From the IMG/VR virus record IMGVR_UViG_3300034101_003795, positions 1 to 64,000 of that record: a stretch of DNA of 64,000 nucleotides; one strand, written 5' to 3'. Of the stretch, positions 1 through 10,343 are shown one piece after another. A program made the translations under genes and the position numbers. Positions within the stretch are counted from its first letter, which is position 1. Each line of letters begins with the position of its first letter. Source of the DNA: a virus. The notes beneath the pieces were generated by a model. The model saw only the letters and a list, made by a program, of their open reading frames with translations. It did not search any database and was not told where the DNA came from.

Positions 1-645
1 TCATTCGGATATTCTAAAGACCTTAATTATAATTTTGTAGAAAATGATTATGTTGAAACAGGAAGTAATGCGGGATTAACATCTAGTGGTGCTGATGTGA
101 ATCAAATAGCTGTTGGATCAAAATATTTAGACTTGGGTATAAAGCCGAGTGAAATTAATACGCCCGGATCTGTAGCAAATAATATGCATTTAGCCGCTAG
201 TGTTTCTTGCACACCAATAGGCGCTAATCAAACTAGCATATTTTATAATACTGTTTCGTATAGTGATGTTTATTCTTTAGGTATTCAACTTTTGGGCGGA
301 TTTGCTAGTATCAGAGGTATGATAGGAACTCAAATTGCTAATAGTCAAATTACTCCTCTTTCATCAGGATTTGTTCCCTTAAATTTTTACATAACATCTA
401 GAATATCAACTATAGATTCTAGAAATTATCAGAACGGATCTCAGATTGGTACTACAAATACTACAAATGCAACAGCTATATTAACTAGTCCAGCTAATCC
501 ATTATTGATGTATAGGCAAAGTGCAGGATATTATGGAAATATGAGAATAAGTAGTTATTCTATAGGATTAGGATTAAATGCTTCAGAAGCATCAATTTTA
601 TCATCGGCAATAGCCACATTCAATACCGCTTTGAGTAGGAGTTAA
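1..645 (+). CDS. Virion fibre/adhesin-like protein, C-terminal part (5'-truncated by window edge)
   Basis: Frame is open from base 1 (SFGYSKDLNYNFVENDYVETGSNAGL...KYLDLG), so the ORF-track start at 97 is internal. S/T/N/G-rich beta-strand composition resembling LamG-like phage fibre domains. Confidence 0.5.
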   Translation, partial: SFGYSKDLNYNFVENDYVETGSNAGLTSSGADVNQIAVGSKYLDLGIKPSEINTPGSVANNMHLAASVSCTPIGANQTSIFYNTVSYSDVYSLGIQLLGGFASIRGMIGTQIANSQITPLSSGFVPLNFYITSRISTIDSRNYQNGSQIGTTNTTNATAILTSPANPLLMYRQSAGYYGNMRISSYSIGLGLNASEASILSSAIATFNTALSRS

Positions 646-646
646 T

Positions 647-3600
647 ATGCCAACATACTTTGTAGATATGGAAAGTGGTAACGATAATTATGGAGGAAGT
701 AGTTTTTCTGTATTGGCATCAGGTGTAGATGGAGCAATAGCAACTCCACCAGCCACAGCATATTCTGTATTTAGTTCAGCTAGTGCAAATTTTCCTAATG
801 ATGGTACTATAGCCTCAACAAAAAATGAGGCATGGTATACTAATTGTTTTTATCTTAATACTGTTCCCACTAATACTACTATTAATATGACTAGTATTAC
901 TCCTCCAAGTGGTATAAATTCTACAGTGTATTCTTTATTGGAAGACTCATCTTCTTCTACTCATTATATACAATCTACTACCTGGTATACTCCAATATAT
1001 CAAGGCACACAGTACACATTATCAATCTATGCTAAAGCTGCTGGAAGAAATAAGGTAATAATAAGATATAGTGGATCAGATGCAAAAACTGCACGATATA
1101 ATCTTAATAATGGTACTGTAGAAGCCACAGGAGCAAGTGCTTCGTCATCAATAACTAGCATAGGAAATGGTTGGTATAGATTGTCTTTAACATTTACTAC
1201 TGGGGGCGTAAATACTTCATCTTATTCTGCAGATAATTGGGAGATATTTTTACTAGAAGATTCATTTACTTCATTGTCTCCCTCTTCAAGTTCATATTTT
1301 GGCAATGGTAGAGATGGGGTGCTTTTGTGTGCTATGCAAATAGAAACTGGATCATCGGCTACCACATACGAAAAACCTCCATTACATTCATTGAGTATAT
1401 TCAATGGAACATCTTATATATCTTTTTATATTACTGAACGTATTAGTTCTACTTCATTAAGGATTAATTTAATTAATGGAGGTACGGCTATCTCGGCACA
1501 AACTTCTAGACAATATTTTATTGGAGGAGTTTGGAGAACTATAGCAGCCGTGGGAGGAGGCCCAACTGCTGCTAGAATTATTCCCGGAGACACAATAAGA
1601 ATTGAAGCTAGTCCATATCCAACAGTTTTAGGTAGTGGAACATGGAGCACATTAAGTGGTTTAGCTGGATCGGCTCGTAGTAACATATCTAGTGCAACAA
1701 ACACATCGCCAATTACTGTGACATGTGCTAGTACAATGGCTACTTTAGGAATTAATAACGGAGATACTGTTATTATCCATACCAATACCTCCAATACTAA
1801 TAGTAATGGAACTTGGACAGTTTCTAATGTTAGTGGATCTTCTTGTTCCCTTGTTGGTTCGTCTGGAAATTTTAATCAGACCACAAGCAATGGACTATTA
1901 ACTAAAATGACTCATAGAGTAGTAACACTCAATAATGCTGTTACTGCTAATATAGCTAGTTTTGGCAACAGAGGGAATGGAAGAACAGTTTGGACAGCAA
2001 GCTCCAATGTAACAGCAGACTTTGATACCACAACCAGCATTGATTCTAAGGAAGGAGATGTGTCTGATAGAATAGCTATAGGAGCAGCTTTTACTACCGG
2101 TAAAGCAGCATATAAAGCTACAGGATCATTAAATTTAAGTTCATATCAACAGCTAAGTTTTTTTATTAAGCAAACTGCTGGTACAGTAGCAGTATCTGGA
2201 GATGTTAGTTTAAGACTATGTTCAGATACTATTGGAGATACTACTGTTCATACTTTTGCTGTACCTCCAATGTTAAATCTTAATGTGTGGATTCCTTTTA
2301 CTATTAATCTTGGTTCTACTATGAGTAGCAACATACAAAGCGTTGCATTATATGCGGATGCTGATAAAGGAGCACAAACGTTTCTCTTGAGTAATATACT
2401 AGCTTGTAAAGCTCCTTCGGAACCAGACAGCTTAACTTTGCAATCTTTAATTAGTAAAAATACAGGAGATGAATGCTGGTACCCCATAATGAGTATCAAT
2501 GGCACAAGAGTTATGCTCGGACAAGGAAACGCAGCAAATACAAATTTTCTTGGCTCTACAAGCTCTAATAGAGGAGGATATTATGGAGTAACTGAGAATG
2601 TATTAACCTATAAAAGAGAAACTATAAAAGTTGCTATGACCAGCGCCGCTACTTCAGTCAACCAAGCTCCTCAGGAGGCTGGCGCTGCTGGTAATCCTAT
2701 GTCGTGGGAATTTGGTTATGATAGAACCAATATGAGTACCAGAGATTCTCAAACCTATATTGATGGAACCAATGGCTTAGGATATGGATTTTTTACACAG
2801 GGATATAATTATTTCAACGTTAGTAATTTGGGACTTGTTAGATTTGACAGAGGCTTCAGGCACACGTCTGCTTTCGGCAATTTTGACAATATCGAAACAA
2901 TTTGCTGTACAACTATTGGTCTTGATTTTTTTGCACACTTTCTTAATAATTATGGTACTTTAAAAAGCTGTTGTAATGGCTCTACTAATTTTATAAGTGA
3001 TTTTGGAGGAGGATCTAATATATTTAATAAAGTTATCAGTATTGGCAGTTTAGCTCAGGGATTATTAGTTACTAGGGGTGGCGGAGCTAATAATAAATTT
3101 GACTATATATTATCTGCAAATAATACTTTTGGTTTATTTGTTGATAATGGAACAGATAGTATATATACCAGTGGTAATTTTTTCAATAATGCTACAGACG
3201 GAGTAAGAACATACGGGTGCAAAAATGATAAATATTATAATTGCGTAACTTCTGGGCATACTGGAGGAAATGGTTTTTTCAGTTTTGGTGGAGATATGTA
3301 TCTATATAATTGTATTATCAATGAGCCAGTAGAGTTTGGCAATTATGGAACTTGTAATAGTAGAATATCCTCTATTAATCATGATAATACTAGTGGAAAT
3401 TATATTATTGCGACTGATTATGGTGTTATAAGACCTCAAACTAGTGTAAGATATTCTAATAATGGATATGCTTGGAGTTTAGCTCCAACTAATTCTCTTT
3501 TTAGAAACTCTAATTATCCATTAGATTTAAAAATTGCTACAATTGCGGTTAGCGCAAATGCTCAGGTAACTATTAAGGCATGGGTAAGAAGGACCAGTTT

Positions 3601-3814
3601 ATCTTTAACTATGGGACTAAGAATTAAAGGTAGACAAATAGCTGGTGTAGACAATGATATTACGAGTTATATGACAGCAGCTGCTGACACATGGCAACAA
3701 ATTACTCTTAACTTTACTCCAACAGAAGCTGGTGCTGTGAATATACTTGCAGAGTGTTGGGGCGGATCAACATTTACCGGATATATAGACGATCTTACTA
3801 TAGTACAAATATAA
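647..3814 (+). CDS. Large tail fibre/spike protein with carbohydrate-binding-like and beta-helix regions
   Basis: 1055 aa, S/T/G/N-rich. CBM-like segment (YTLSIYAKAAGR...SIGNGWYRLSLTF...QIETGSSATTY), right-handed beta-helix-like repeats near the C-terminus, C-terminal CBM-like domain ending GYIDDL. Confidence 0.6.
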   Translation: MPTYFVDMESGNDNYGGSSFSVLASGVDGAIATPPATAYSVFSSASANFPNDGTIASTKNEAWYTNCFYLNTVPTNTTINMTSITPPSGINSTVYSLLEDSSSSTHYIQSTTWYTPIYQGTQYTLSIYAKAAGRNKVIIRYSGSDAKTARYNLNNGTVEATGASASSSITSIGNGWYRLSLTFTTGGVNTSSYSADNWEIFLLEDSFTSLSPSSSSYFGNGRDGVLLCAMQIETGSSATTYEKPPLHSLSIFNGTSYISFYITERISSTSLRINLINGGTAISAQTSRQYFIGGVWRTIAAVGGGPTAARIIPGDTIRIEASPYPTVLGSGTWSTLSGLAGSARSNISSATNTSPITVTCASTMATLGINNGDTVIIHTNTSNTNSNGTWTVSNVSGSSCSLVGSSGNFNQTTSNGLLTKMTHRVVTLNNAVTANIASFGNRGNGRTVWTASSNVTADFDTTTSIDSKEGDVSDRIAIGAAFTTGKAAYKATGSLNLSSYQQLSFFIKQTAGTVAVSGDVSLRLCSDTIGDTTVHTFAVPPMLNLNVWIPFTINLGSTMSSNIQSVALYADADKGAQTFLLSNILACKAPSEPDSLTLQSLISKNTGDECWYPIMSINGTRVMLGQGNAANTNFLGSTSSNRGGYYGVTENVLTYKRETIKVAMTSAATSVNQAPQEAGAAGNPMSWEFGYDRTNMSTRDSQTYIDGTNGLGYGFFTQGYNYFNVSNLGLVRFDRGFRHTSAFGNFDNIETICCTTIGLDFFAHFLNNYGTLKSCCNGSTNFISDFGGGSNIFNKVISIGSLAQGLLVTRGGGANNKFDYILSANNTFGLFVDNGTDSIYTSGNFFNNATDGVRTYGCKNDKYYNCVTSGHTGGNGFFSFGGDMYLYNCIINEPVEFGNYGTCNSRISSINHDNTSGNYIIATDYGVIRPQTSVRYSNNGYAWSLAPTNSLFRNSNYPLDLKIATIAVSANAQVTIKAWVRRTSLSLTMGLRIKGRQIAGVDNDITSYMTAAADTWQQITLNFTPTEAGAVNILAECWGGSTFTGYIDDLTIVQI

Positions 3815-3822
3815 GGGAAAAA

Positions 3823-4005
3823 ATGAATTACGAAATAATTGAAATATTTCCTGAGTCATCAGATAGATACCGTCTTAGAATAAAAATTGATGAAAACTCG
3901 ACTCAATTCTTCAAATTTGACCATTATCCAACACAAGAAGAAGTTAATGAATTAGTTGAAAGTTATTTACAATCACAAAATCCTAATAACGGAGAAAATT
4001 TATGA
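3823..4005 (+). CDS. Small hypothetical protein (MNYEIIEIF...)
   Basis: ATG at 3823 after AAGGGA; stop overlaps the next ATG (ATGA). Confidence 0.55.
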   Translation: MNYEIIEIFPESSDRYRLRIKIDENSTQFFKFDHYPTQEEVNELVESYLQSQNPNNGENL

Positions 4006-4343
4006 GTATTTTAGATAATAATCCACAAAATCCAGTTGATAGAGCTGTTAGAGTAGCCAATAACATTAAAGGTACGACCAGACAAACTTTTCAAATGATG
4101 ACCAATGCTTTTAATATGGGTTCTAAAAACTTTTGGAACAATCCACACGCTACTCCAACTCAAATAGCAGAAGCCCTAGGAACCGACGCTAGGGAGGTAT
4201 TTGAATTACACTATGCATTAGGACAATTAATTGATAGCATAAAGCCAGATAGTATACAACAAGGCTGGGCTGTTATTGGCCAATTTACAATGAATGAAGA
4301 TGGAACCGTGACTATAATAGAACCAGAAAATACTAACCAATAA
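4002..4343 (+). CDS. Hypothetical protein, possibly fibre-associated
   Basis: GGAGA RBS, translationally coupled to the upstream ORF. Confidence 0.55.
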   Translation: MSILDNNPQNPVDRAVRVANNIKGTTRQTFQMMTNAFNMGSKNFWNNPHATPTQIAEALGTDAREVFELHYALGQLIDSIKPDSIQQGWAVIGQFTMNEDGTVTIIEPENTNQ

Positions 4344-4357
4344 TGTAAATAATCATT

Positions 4358-4365
4358 GGTGTATA
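4358..4365 (+). promoter_or_regulatory. Candidate phage late-promoter motif GGTGTATA
   Basis: Intergenic; the same core recurs in the intergenic gaps at 7172 and 27386. Confidence 0.5.
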
Positions 4366-4404
4366 TATTTCTATATACCTATTTTATAAAACAGGGGACA
4401 TAAT

Positions 4405-4614
4405 ATGGCCAATGATATTCAATTAGCTATTAGTGGTTCACCAATCAAAAACGGAACTATGGTTGTTACTTGCGGACAAACTGGTTTTCCAAGAGGATCA
4501 GGTACCATTATATATAATAAATACGTATCAAATAAACCAGTGCTTACTGATATTCAGGCTAAGTATGATTATAGATTTGATGATCCAAGATACTATCATG
4601 GAAGTAATGTCTAA
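4405..4614 (+). CDS. Small hypothetical virion-module protein
   Basis: AGGGGA RBS, first ORF after the GGTGTATA motif. Confidence 0.5.
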   Translation: MANDIQLAISGSPIKNGTMVVTCGQTGFPRGSGTIIYNKYVSNKPVLTDIQAKYDYRFDDPRYYHGSNV

Positions 4615-4631
4615 AATTAATAGAGGTCCAA

Positions 4632-5039
4632 ATGTCTTTTTGTATAACACTATTTGATACTCTGGAAAATTCTACAACTGGAGATGTTTGTTTTGGAACG
4701 TCTACCAAAAATCTAACACTAAATAAAGGTAGTAGTTACAGAATAATATTTGATTTAACTAAAAATGGTTCTGCTGCTAATCTTACTGGCTTTTCGTTCA
4801 GAGGTCAAATTAGACCGTCGGCCACTTCTAGTAGTGTGTTGTTAGAAATGAATTCGGCTAATCTTTTAATAAAAAGCGAACCAACAATTGGAAGGTTCAC
4901 AGTATTTTTACCAGAATCATTTACTAGAAGAGTTTCTGGATCATATGCTGTTTATGATATTGAAATGATTGATGGTTTAGGCGATGTTTCAAAAATTGTA
5001 CAAGGTCTTATCACTTTTGTATCTGAAGTTACTCAATGA
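4632..5039 (+). CDS. BppU/LtfC-like Ig-fold structural adaptor protein
   Basis: Pattern L.KGSSY.I.F...NLTGFSFRGQIR...YAVYDIEM...KIVQG.I..EVT typical of this phage domain. Confidence 0.55.
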   Translation: MSFCITLFDTLENSTTGDVCFGTSTKNLTLNKGSSYRIIFDLTKNGSAANLTGFSFRGQIRPSATSSSVLLEMNSANLLIKSEPTIGRFTVFLPESFTRRVSGSYAVYDIEMIDGLGDVSKIVQGLITFVSEVTQ

Positions 5040-5545
5040 ATATTATTACTAGTGATTTAAAAAATTTATATAAGAGTTTGATTGATGAACTTCTTAGAGA
5101 AAATTCTTTATCACTACCTTGTAAATTACTCTATGATAGTTCTTCTTTTACAGAATGCGTTAATTGTATAGTTGATCCTGTTTCTCACAGATCCAGTAAT
5201 ATGTATAAGTCTGGAGGGCCACTAAGTTTTTCTAATGGTCAAATATGCCCATATTGCAGAGGACTTGGTGGTGTTTATTCAGAAGGTTCCGATATTCTTA
5301 ATCTGTTAGTATTATTTGATTACAAATCCTGGATAAATTTTAATGCTAAAATTAATTCTCCAGATGGATTAGTTCAAACAATCTCTAAAGTTGTGGATTA
5401 CCCAAAAATAAAATCTTGTAATAGAATTATTATAGATACTAATATATCTAACTACACTGAGAATTATTTTCAAAGAAATTCTGATCCAGAACCATGTGGC
5501 TTTGGAGAAAGCTCATACTTCTTTACTTTTTGGAAAAAAATATGA
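5036..5545 (+). CDS. Putative head-closure/neck protein with Zn-binding motifs
   Basis: CVNC and CPYCRG motifs; lies upstream of the tail genes. Confidence 0.4.
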   Translation: MNIITSDLKNLYKSLIDELLRENSLSLPCKLLYDSSSFTECVNCIVDPVSHRSSNMYKSGGPLSFSNGQICPYCRGLGGVYSEGSDILNLLVLFDYKSWINFNAKINSPDGLVQTISKVVDYPKIKSCNRIIIDTNISNYTENYFQRNSDPEPCGFGESSYFFTFWKKI

Positions 5546-6183
5546 GTAAATTAAAATTTAGCATGACATTATTAGAAGATAATGCAACAATAAGCAACAG
5601 AATTGCCACAGCCTTGTTGCCCCAAATTAAAACTTATTTTCAAAATTCTATAGTTGGACTAGATAATAAAATAACTGATATAGTTATTAACAGTATAACT
5701 TCTCAACCAGAATACAACGCTTTACTATCTGGAAGCCTACAATACGAATTCGGTATCCCTGATCCATCATCAAAACTCACAGAAATATTGGATACTATAA
5801 AAAGTAATAAAATTGTGCAAATAAAATCTCCAACTATATCTGGATCTAAAATTAATGCTAGTATTAGAATAGAAATGATTCAAAGTAGTTTCAACGATTT
5901 GCTTCAATTAGGTTCTGCTAAAGTGTTATCAGAAAAAGGTACTGAGCTTAATTGGCTAAGATGGTTATTATTAGAGGGCGATACTATTATTATAAGTGAT
6001 TATAAGGTTGTTTTTGGAGCAAATCCAAGATCTAGAACTGGCATGGCTGTCATGACAAGAGGAGGATCGTGGAGAGTTCCTCCAGAGTATGCTGGAAATA
6101 TTAAAAATAATTGGATCACAAGAGCGATAGATGCCGCATCATCAGAGATAGATTCTGCAATATCATCAGCTATAGGAGCATAA
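5542..6183 (+). CDS. Putative neck/tail-completion protein
   Basis: ATG at 5542 overlaps the upstream stop; LNWLRWLLLEG and SRTGMAVM..GSWRVPPEYAG..NNWITRAI blocks; assignment by position. Confidence 0.4.
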   Translation: MSKLKFSMTLLEDNATISNRIATALLPQIKTYFQNSIVGLDNKITDIVINSITSQPEYNALLSGSLQYEFGIPDPSSKLTEILDTIKSNKIVQIKSPTISGSKINASIRIEMIQSSFNDLLQLGSAKVLSEKGTELNWLRWLLLEGDTIIISDYKVVFGANPRSRTGMAVMTRGGSWRVPPEYAGNIKNNWITRAIDAASSEIDSAISSAIGA

Positions 6184-6185
6184 GT

Positions 6186-7166
6186 ATGTCATGTAGCACA
6201 GGAACATATGATCCATGTTTTATGGGTGTTGACAGTATTGGATCAACATTAATAATTAATGAATTAGAAAATAATTATAAATCTTTTTTAGGCTGGGGAT
6301 TTTTAAATGCTGGTGGATACGTTAATGTAAATAGACCAACTACTAACATAGCAGGATTTAATTTACATATTTTAAAACCAACGTCTGATAAAAATTTTAC
6401 TGCTAATACAGTATGGCAAACCCCTCGGAAGGATTGGGTTTATGAATCTGGTATTACCTATGGATCTTCATCCCCAATACAAATAAGTGGTATTTATGTT
6501 AATGATGTCTTTTATCCAGGACCAACAGGAAACGCTTCTTTAGCATATAAAATTAACTATCCAGAAGGAAAAATTATATTTGCTTCAGGAATAAGCCCAT
6601 CATCGTCTGTGCAAATGAATTATAGTTATAAAACTATCCAAGTATATAAAATGGAAGAATTTCCATATTGGCAAGAAATACAGCATAGAAGTTTAGAAAA
6701 TAAAACTGGCTTTTCTTTATCTGGCAGCGGGGATTTTTCTGTTGGCTCAGAACACAGAGTTCAACTGCCAGCAGTAATAATAGAAACAGCACCAAATTCA
6801 AATTCAAGACCATTCAGACTAGGCGATAAGTCCCTGATCATGCAACAAGATATGTTATTTCATATACTATCTGATCATCGGTCTGACAGAAATACAATAG
6901 TAGATATTTTAAAACTACAAGAAGATAGAGAAATTTGGCTTTATAATACTAATAATATTGTCAAAAGTGGAGTATATCAAATTAATTATGATGGTAGTAA
7001 AAATCAAAATGGTCAAAATTACGATATAATTGTTAACAATCCAAACTATAGATGGTTATTATGTAGACTATTAAATGTTAATGTATCAGATATATTATTC
7101 ACTAATATAAGAATGCATGGTAGTGTTGTTAGGCTCACTAATGAGATAATTTTTACCGCTTTCTAA
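6186..7166 (+). CDS. Putative tail terminator/completion protein
   Basis: VQLPAVIIE...PFRLG...DMLFHILSD...DRNTIVDIL resembles tail-terminator families; directly precedes the tube-like genes. Confidence 0.45.
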   Translation: MSCSTGTYDPCFMGVDSIGSTLIINELENNYKSFLGWGFLNAGGYVNVNRPTTNIAGFNLHILKPTSDKNFTANTVWQTPRKDWVYESGITYGSSSPIQISGIYVNDVFYPGPTGNASLAYKINYPEGKIIFASGISPSSSVQMNYSYKTIQVYKMEEFPYWQEIQHRSLENKTGFSLSGSGDFSVGSEHRVQLPAVIIETAPNSNSRPFRLGDKSLIMQQDMLFHILSDHRSDRNTIVDILKLQEDREIWLYNTNNIVKSGVYQINYDGSKNQNGQNYDIIVNNPNYRWLLCRLLNVNVSDILFTNIRMHGSVVRLTNEIIFTAF

Positions 7167-7171
7167 TATTA

Positions 7172-7179
7172 GGTGTATT
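7172..7179 (+). promoter_or_regulatory. Candidate late-promoter motif GGTGTATT
   Basis: Intergenic, about 55 nt upstream of the first tail-tube-like gene, which has a strong GGAGA RBS. Confidence 0.5.
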
Positions 7180-7231
7180 AAGGTATAACGATCCAATATT
7201 TTATTATCTTTCTCTCTGATGGAGATTCACA

Positions 7232-8077
7232 ATGCCCAATAATCGTATTTTTTATGGCTGCACAGCAGTAGATATAGGTGGTACTGTAGTAAATGGAGCC
7301 CAAAGTGTAGGCTTAACAACAAATCAAACTTTGGATCAGGCTTTTCAATTGGGCAGAGTTGGAATATATGATAATGCAGTAGTTGAGGGCCAAATTGAGA
7401 TAACAGTATCTAAAGTATTAGACAAAACTAGTAGTTTATGGAAATTAGCTACCGGTGGTGGAAATATTATCGACAACATCGACGATCGATCCACTATCAA
7501 AATTGCTATTGGTAGTGATACCTCTTCTTCTGTCGTTAGTGGTGTTGGAGTTCAAGGTACCGGATTTTATCTCTCTTCAATAGGATATAACTTTCCTGTT
7601 GACGGAGCTTTTACAGAAGATATCTCGTTTATTGGTGATAATCTTAGTACTGCTTCTGGTATAAGCGCACCAACAGGAACATCTGCTTCTGTTGGTCGAA
7701 GAGGCACTTTTAGTCTTTCTGGAGGCCCAGAAGGTACTGTTCTTAGTGCTAGTATCCAAGCTGATTTTGGTAGAGAAGCAATCTATGGATTAACCAATAC
7801 TGCTCCGGTTTTTCGTTATGCTAATTTTCCATTTGAAATTACCACAGAGTTTGAAGTTTTAGCAACCTCAGTTCCAGTGAGTAATATAAATTATGGTACT
7901 CCATGTGCTGGTTCAAGCTCTGGTAGTACCATTACAATTACAGCCTGTGGTTATTCTTTTACCACAAGTGGTAATGTTCTTGAAAGCGTAGCCTATAATG
8001 GTGGTGATACTGGTGGTGGTAATGCTACTATTACTTTTACTTATAAAACATATAATGATTTAACTATTAGTGGTTAA
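7232..8077 (+). CDS. Major tail (tube)-like protein 1
   Basis: 281 aa, beta-rich; NRIFYGC..GAQSVG..FQLG..IEIT..FPVDG.FTE..GREAI..RYANFPFEITTEFEV; located between terminator-like and chaperone/TMP genes. Confidence 0.6.
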   Translation: MPNNRIFYGCTAVDIGGTVVNGAQSVGLTTNQTLDQAFQLGRVGIYDNAVVEGQIEITVSKVLDKTSSLWKLATGGGNIIDNIDDRSTIKIAIGSDTSSSVVSGVGVQGTGFYLSSIGYNFPVDGAFTEDISFIGDNLSTASGISAPTGTSASVGRRGTFSLSGGPEGTVLSASIQADFGREAIYGLTNTAPVFRYANFPFEITTEFEVLATSVPVSNINYGTPCAGSSSGSTITITACGYSFTTSGNVLESVAYNGGDTGGGNATITFTYKTYNDLTISG

Positions 8078-8117
8078 TATCAATTAGTTTTAAACAACAA
8101 ACTAAAAGGAAAAGTTT

Positions 8118-8996
8118 GTGTCAAATAGGATTTTTTATGGCTGTCTTGGAATTGCTACATGTGGAGGAACACCAATAGAGGGTGTTCAGTCTGTATCTTT
8201 ATCTGCTAATAGATCAGTTAGCACAATATTCACTCCCGGTAAAAAAACATATGCCGGTAAATATTCTAATCTTCCTGATATTGAATTATCTTATACTAAA
8301 TATGTAGATTCATTAACATCATTTAGTAGTGAGGCTGGATTATCTGGTTACACTGGATTTACTATATTAGCGGGAGATGATACTAAAAAGTGTCTTGGTG
8401 GTAGTTTGACAACAATAGGATTTAAACAATTATTATTGTCTTCAATTACATATACTATATCTGTTGATGGTCCATTTACTGTTGAGCGAAAATATAAAGG
8501 ATGGTCATCAGAGGCTTGTGCTTCTGGTGGATTAGGCGTTTTTGCTAATTGTGACACTTCTATAGCATCAACAATAAAAAGAAAAGGATGTTTTTCAGGA
8601 TCGTCCCTACCATCAGAAATTTCTGCACAAACTATACAATCAGTAACAATTACATTTACTGTTAATCGAGAATTTATTAATCAGCTTGGTAGCAGAAAAC
8701 CATATGCATCTTATGTCACCTTTCCTGTTGAAACGTCATGCACATTTGATGTTTTAGCCAAATCTTTATCTAGTATAGATTTTCCACAACCTGAAGATTG
8801 TAAAAATACAAATGCAACAGAAACGAATATATCATTAGGTATAGGAGGATCATCTATATCTATTGATAAAGCTATCCTTACAGGATTAAATTATTCGGGT
8901 GGAGAAGCTAAAAAAGGTGGGTCTAATTTGAGAATATCAGCAACATATACAAGTTACGAAACACCATCATCATTAAAACCATTTATCATTTTATGA
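8118..8996 (+). CDS. Tail tube-like protein 2 (paralogue of 7232..8077)
   Basis: Colinear shared blocks NRIFYGC, GVQSV, LSSI.Y..VDG.FT, RE.I..LG, Y..FP.E....F.VLA, YSGG...GG; GTG start after AAGGA. Confidence 0.6.
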   Translation: MSNRIFYGCLGIATCGGTPIEGVQSVSLSANRSVSTIFTPGKKTYAGKYSNLPDIELSYTKYVDSLTSFSSEAGLSGYTGFTILAGDDTKKCLGGSLTTIGFKQLLLSSITYTISVDGPFTVERKYKGWSSEACASGGLGVFANCDTSIASTIKRKGCFSGSSLPSEISAQTIQSVTITFTVNREFINQLGSRKPYASYVTFPVETSCTFDVLAKSLSSIDFPQPEDCKNTNATETNISLGIGGSSISIDKAILTGLNYSGGEAKKGGSNLRISATYTSYETPSSLKPFIIL

Positions 8997-10021
8997 TTAA
9001 TTTAGATAAATTATTATATCGAATATTATTGGGATATTATTATATAATATTAAATGATGTTAAATATAAAGTTATATATCCGTCTATAGAATTAAAATAC
9101 GAAGCAGAAATATTATATGATTCTATTATAGAAGATAATAAGTATGATAAATCATGGATGACACAAGAAGAAATTAATTTTGAATTAGCTAAGAATGAAA
9201 TTTGGACTAAAGAAGATGAAGATATTCTGGAAAAAACTAAAAAATCTATAGATTTGATAAAAATAGAACTATATTTAAATTTTAGTAATTCTTCTAAAAG
9301 AAATAAAATCAAGAAGAATATTAAGATGATCAATAAACAAATTAATGAATTATTTTCTAAAAAAAATTCTCTTAGCTATTTAAGTATTAAAGAACATGCT
9401 TTAACTATAAAAAATGAATTTTTAATTATGAATAGTATATATACTTTAAACAATAAATTATACTTTGATAATCCTAAGAATGAAATTTATGAAACAAAAG
9501 AATTGCATTATTTTGTAAAAGAAATACTAGATAATAGTATAGATATAACAATGTTAAAATCAATATCTAGATCAGAACTGTGGAAATCTTATATTAATAG
9601 TAATGCTGAATTACAAAATAGTATAAATTTAAATGATGACTATAGATATTTATTGAGTATACATAAGATGTATGAAAACGCTAAACAGCATCCTGAGAGT
9701 CCAACAGAAGAAATTTTTAATGATGACGATGCTTTGGATGGATGGTTCTTATTCCAAAATAAGAAAGCAGAAAAAGAAAAGAAGAAAAATGCCACATTGG
9801 ATAAACTTGGAGACAAATTAAAAGAATCTAATCATGTATTTATTATTGGACAAGATCAACAAGAAATTGAAGATATATATGCTTTAAATGATGATAAAGA
9901 AAGAGAGATAGCCAGACAAGTTATAAATGCTTCTTATAAATCTTCATCACCTACTGATTGGAAAGATATCCCGTTTGTTAAACAACAGCTAATAGAAGAG
10001 CAAAATACACTAAAAAAATAG
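8993..10021 (+). CDS. Hypothetical helical protein, possible tail assembly chaperone
   Basis: K/E/I/N-rich; YENAKQHPESP..DDDALDGWF motif; between tube and TMP genes. Confidence 0.4.
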   Translation: MINLDKLLYRILLGYYYIILNDVKYKVIYPSIELKYEAEILYDSIIEDNKYDKSWMTQEEINFELAKNEIWTKEDEDILEKTKKSIDLIKIELYLNFSNSSKRNKIKKNIKMINKQINELFSKKNSLSYLSIKEHALTIKNEFLIMNSIYTLNNKLYFDNPKNEIYETKELHYFVKEILDNSIDITMLKSISRSELWKSYINSNAELQNSINLNDDYRYLLSIHKMYENAKQHPESPTEEIFNDDDALDGWFLFQNKKAEKEKKKNATLDKLGDKLKESNHVFIIGQDQQEIEDIYALNDDKEREIARQVINASYKSSSPTDWKDIPFVKQQLIEEQNTLKK

Positions 10022-10028
10022 GATTATT

Positions 10029-10343
10029 ATGAATAAACAATATAAAAAAGGATTAATCAATCAAATAACTAAAAGATTTCAAACGACCATCATTGGTTCA
10101 CTAGCCAGATTTGAAGATAATTTTGGATATTTATGGGGATTTAATTCTGATAAAGAACTTACCGATAAACAAATTGAATTTGCAGAAATGTGGGAATATG
10201 TGAGAACATCAGTATTGAATCATGGTAATAATCAGATGAGATCAGCTATTGATGAGATAATAGATCATATAGAAAAAGAAAACGAAATGTATAGATATCA
10301 CTTTATAATAAACCAAGATAATGATAAAAAGGAGCAAAAATGA
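10029..10343 (+). CDS. Hypothetical protein
   Basis: AGGA RBS; ATGA overlap with the next gene. Confidence 0.55.
   Translation: MNKQYKKGLINQITKRFQTTIIGSLARFEDNFGYLWGFNSDKELTDKQIEFAEMWEYVRTSVLNHGNNQMRSAIDEIIDHIEKENEMYRYHFIINQDNDKKEQK

Noticed and set aside
10008-10031. Programmed -1 frameshift of tail chaperone type at A AAA AAA
   Set aside because: The -1 frame hits TGA within a few codons. The next ORF is in the +1 frame and has its own AGGA RBS.
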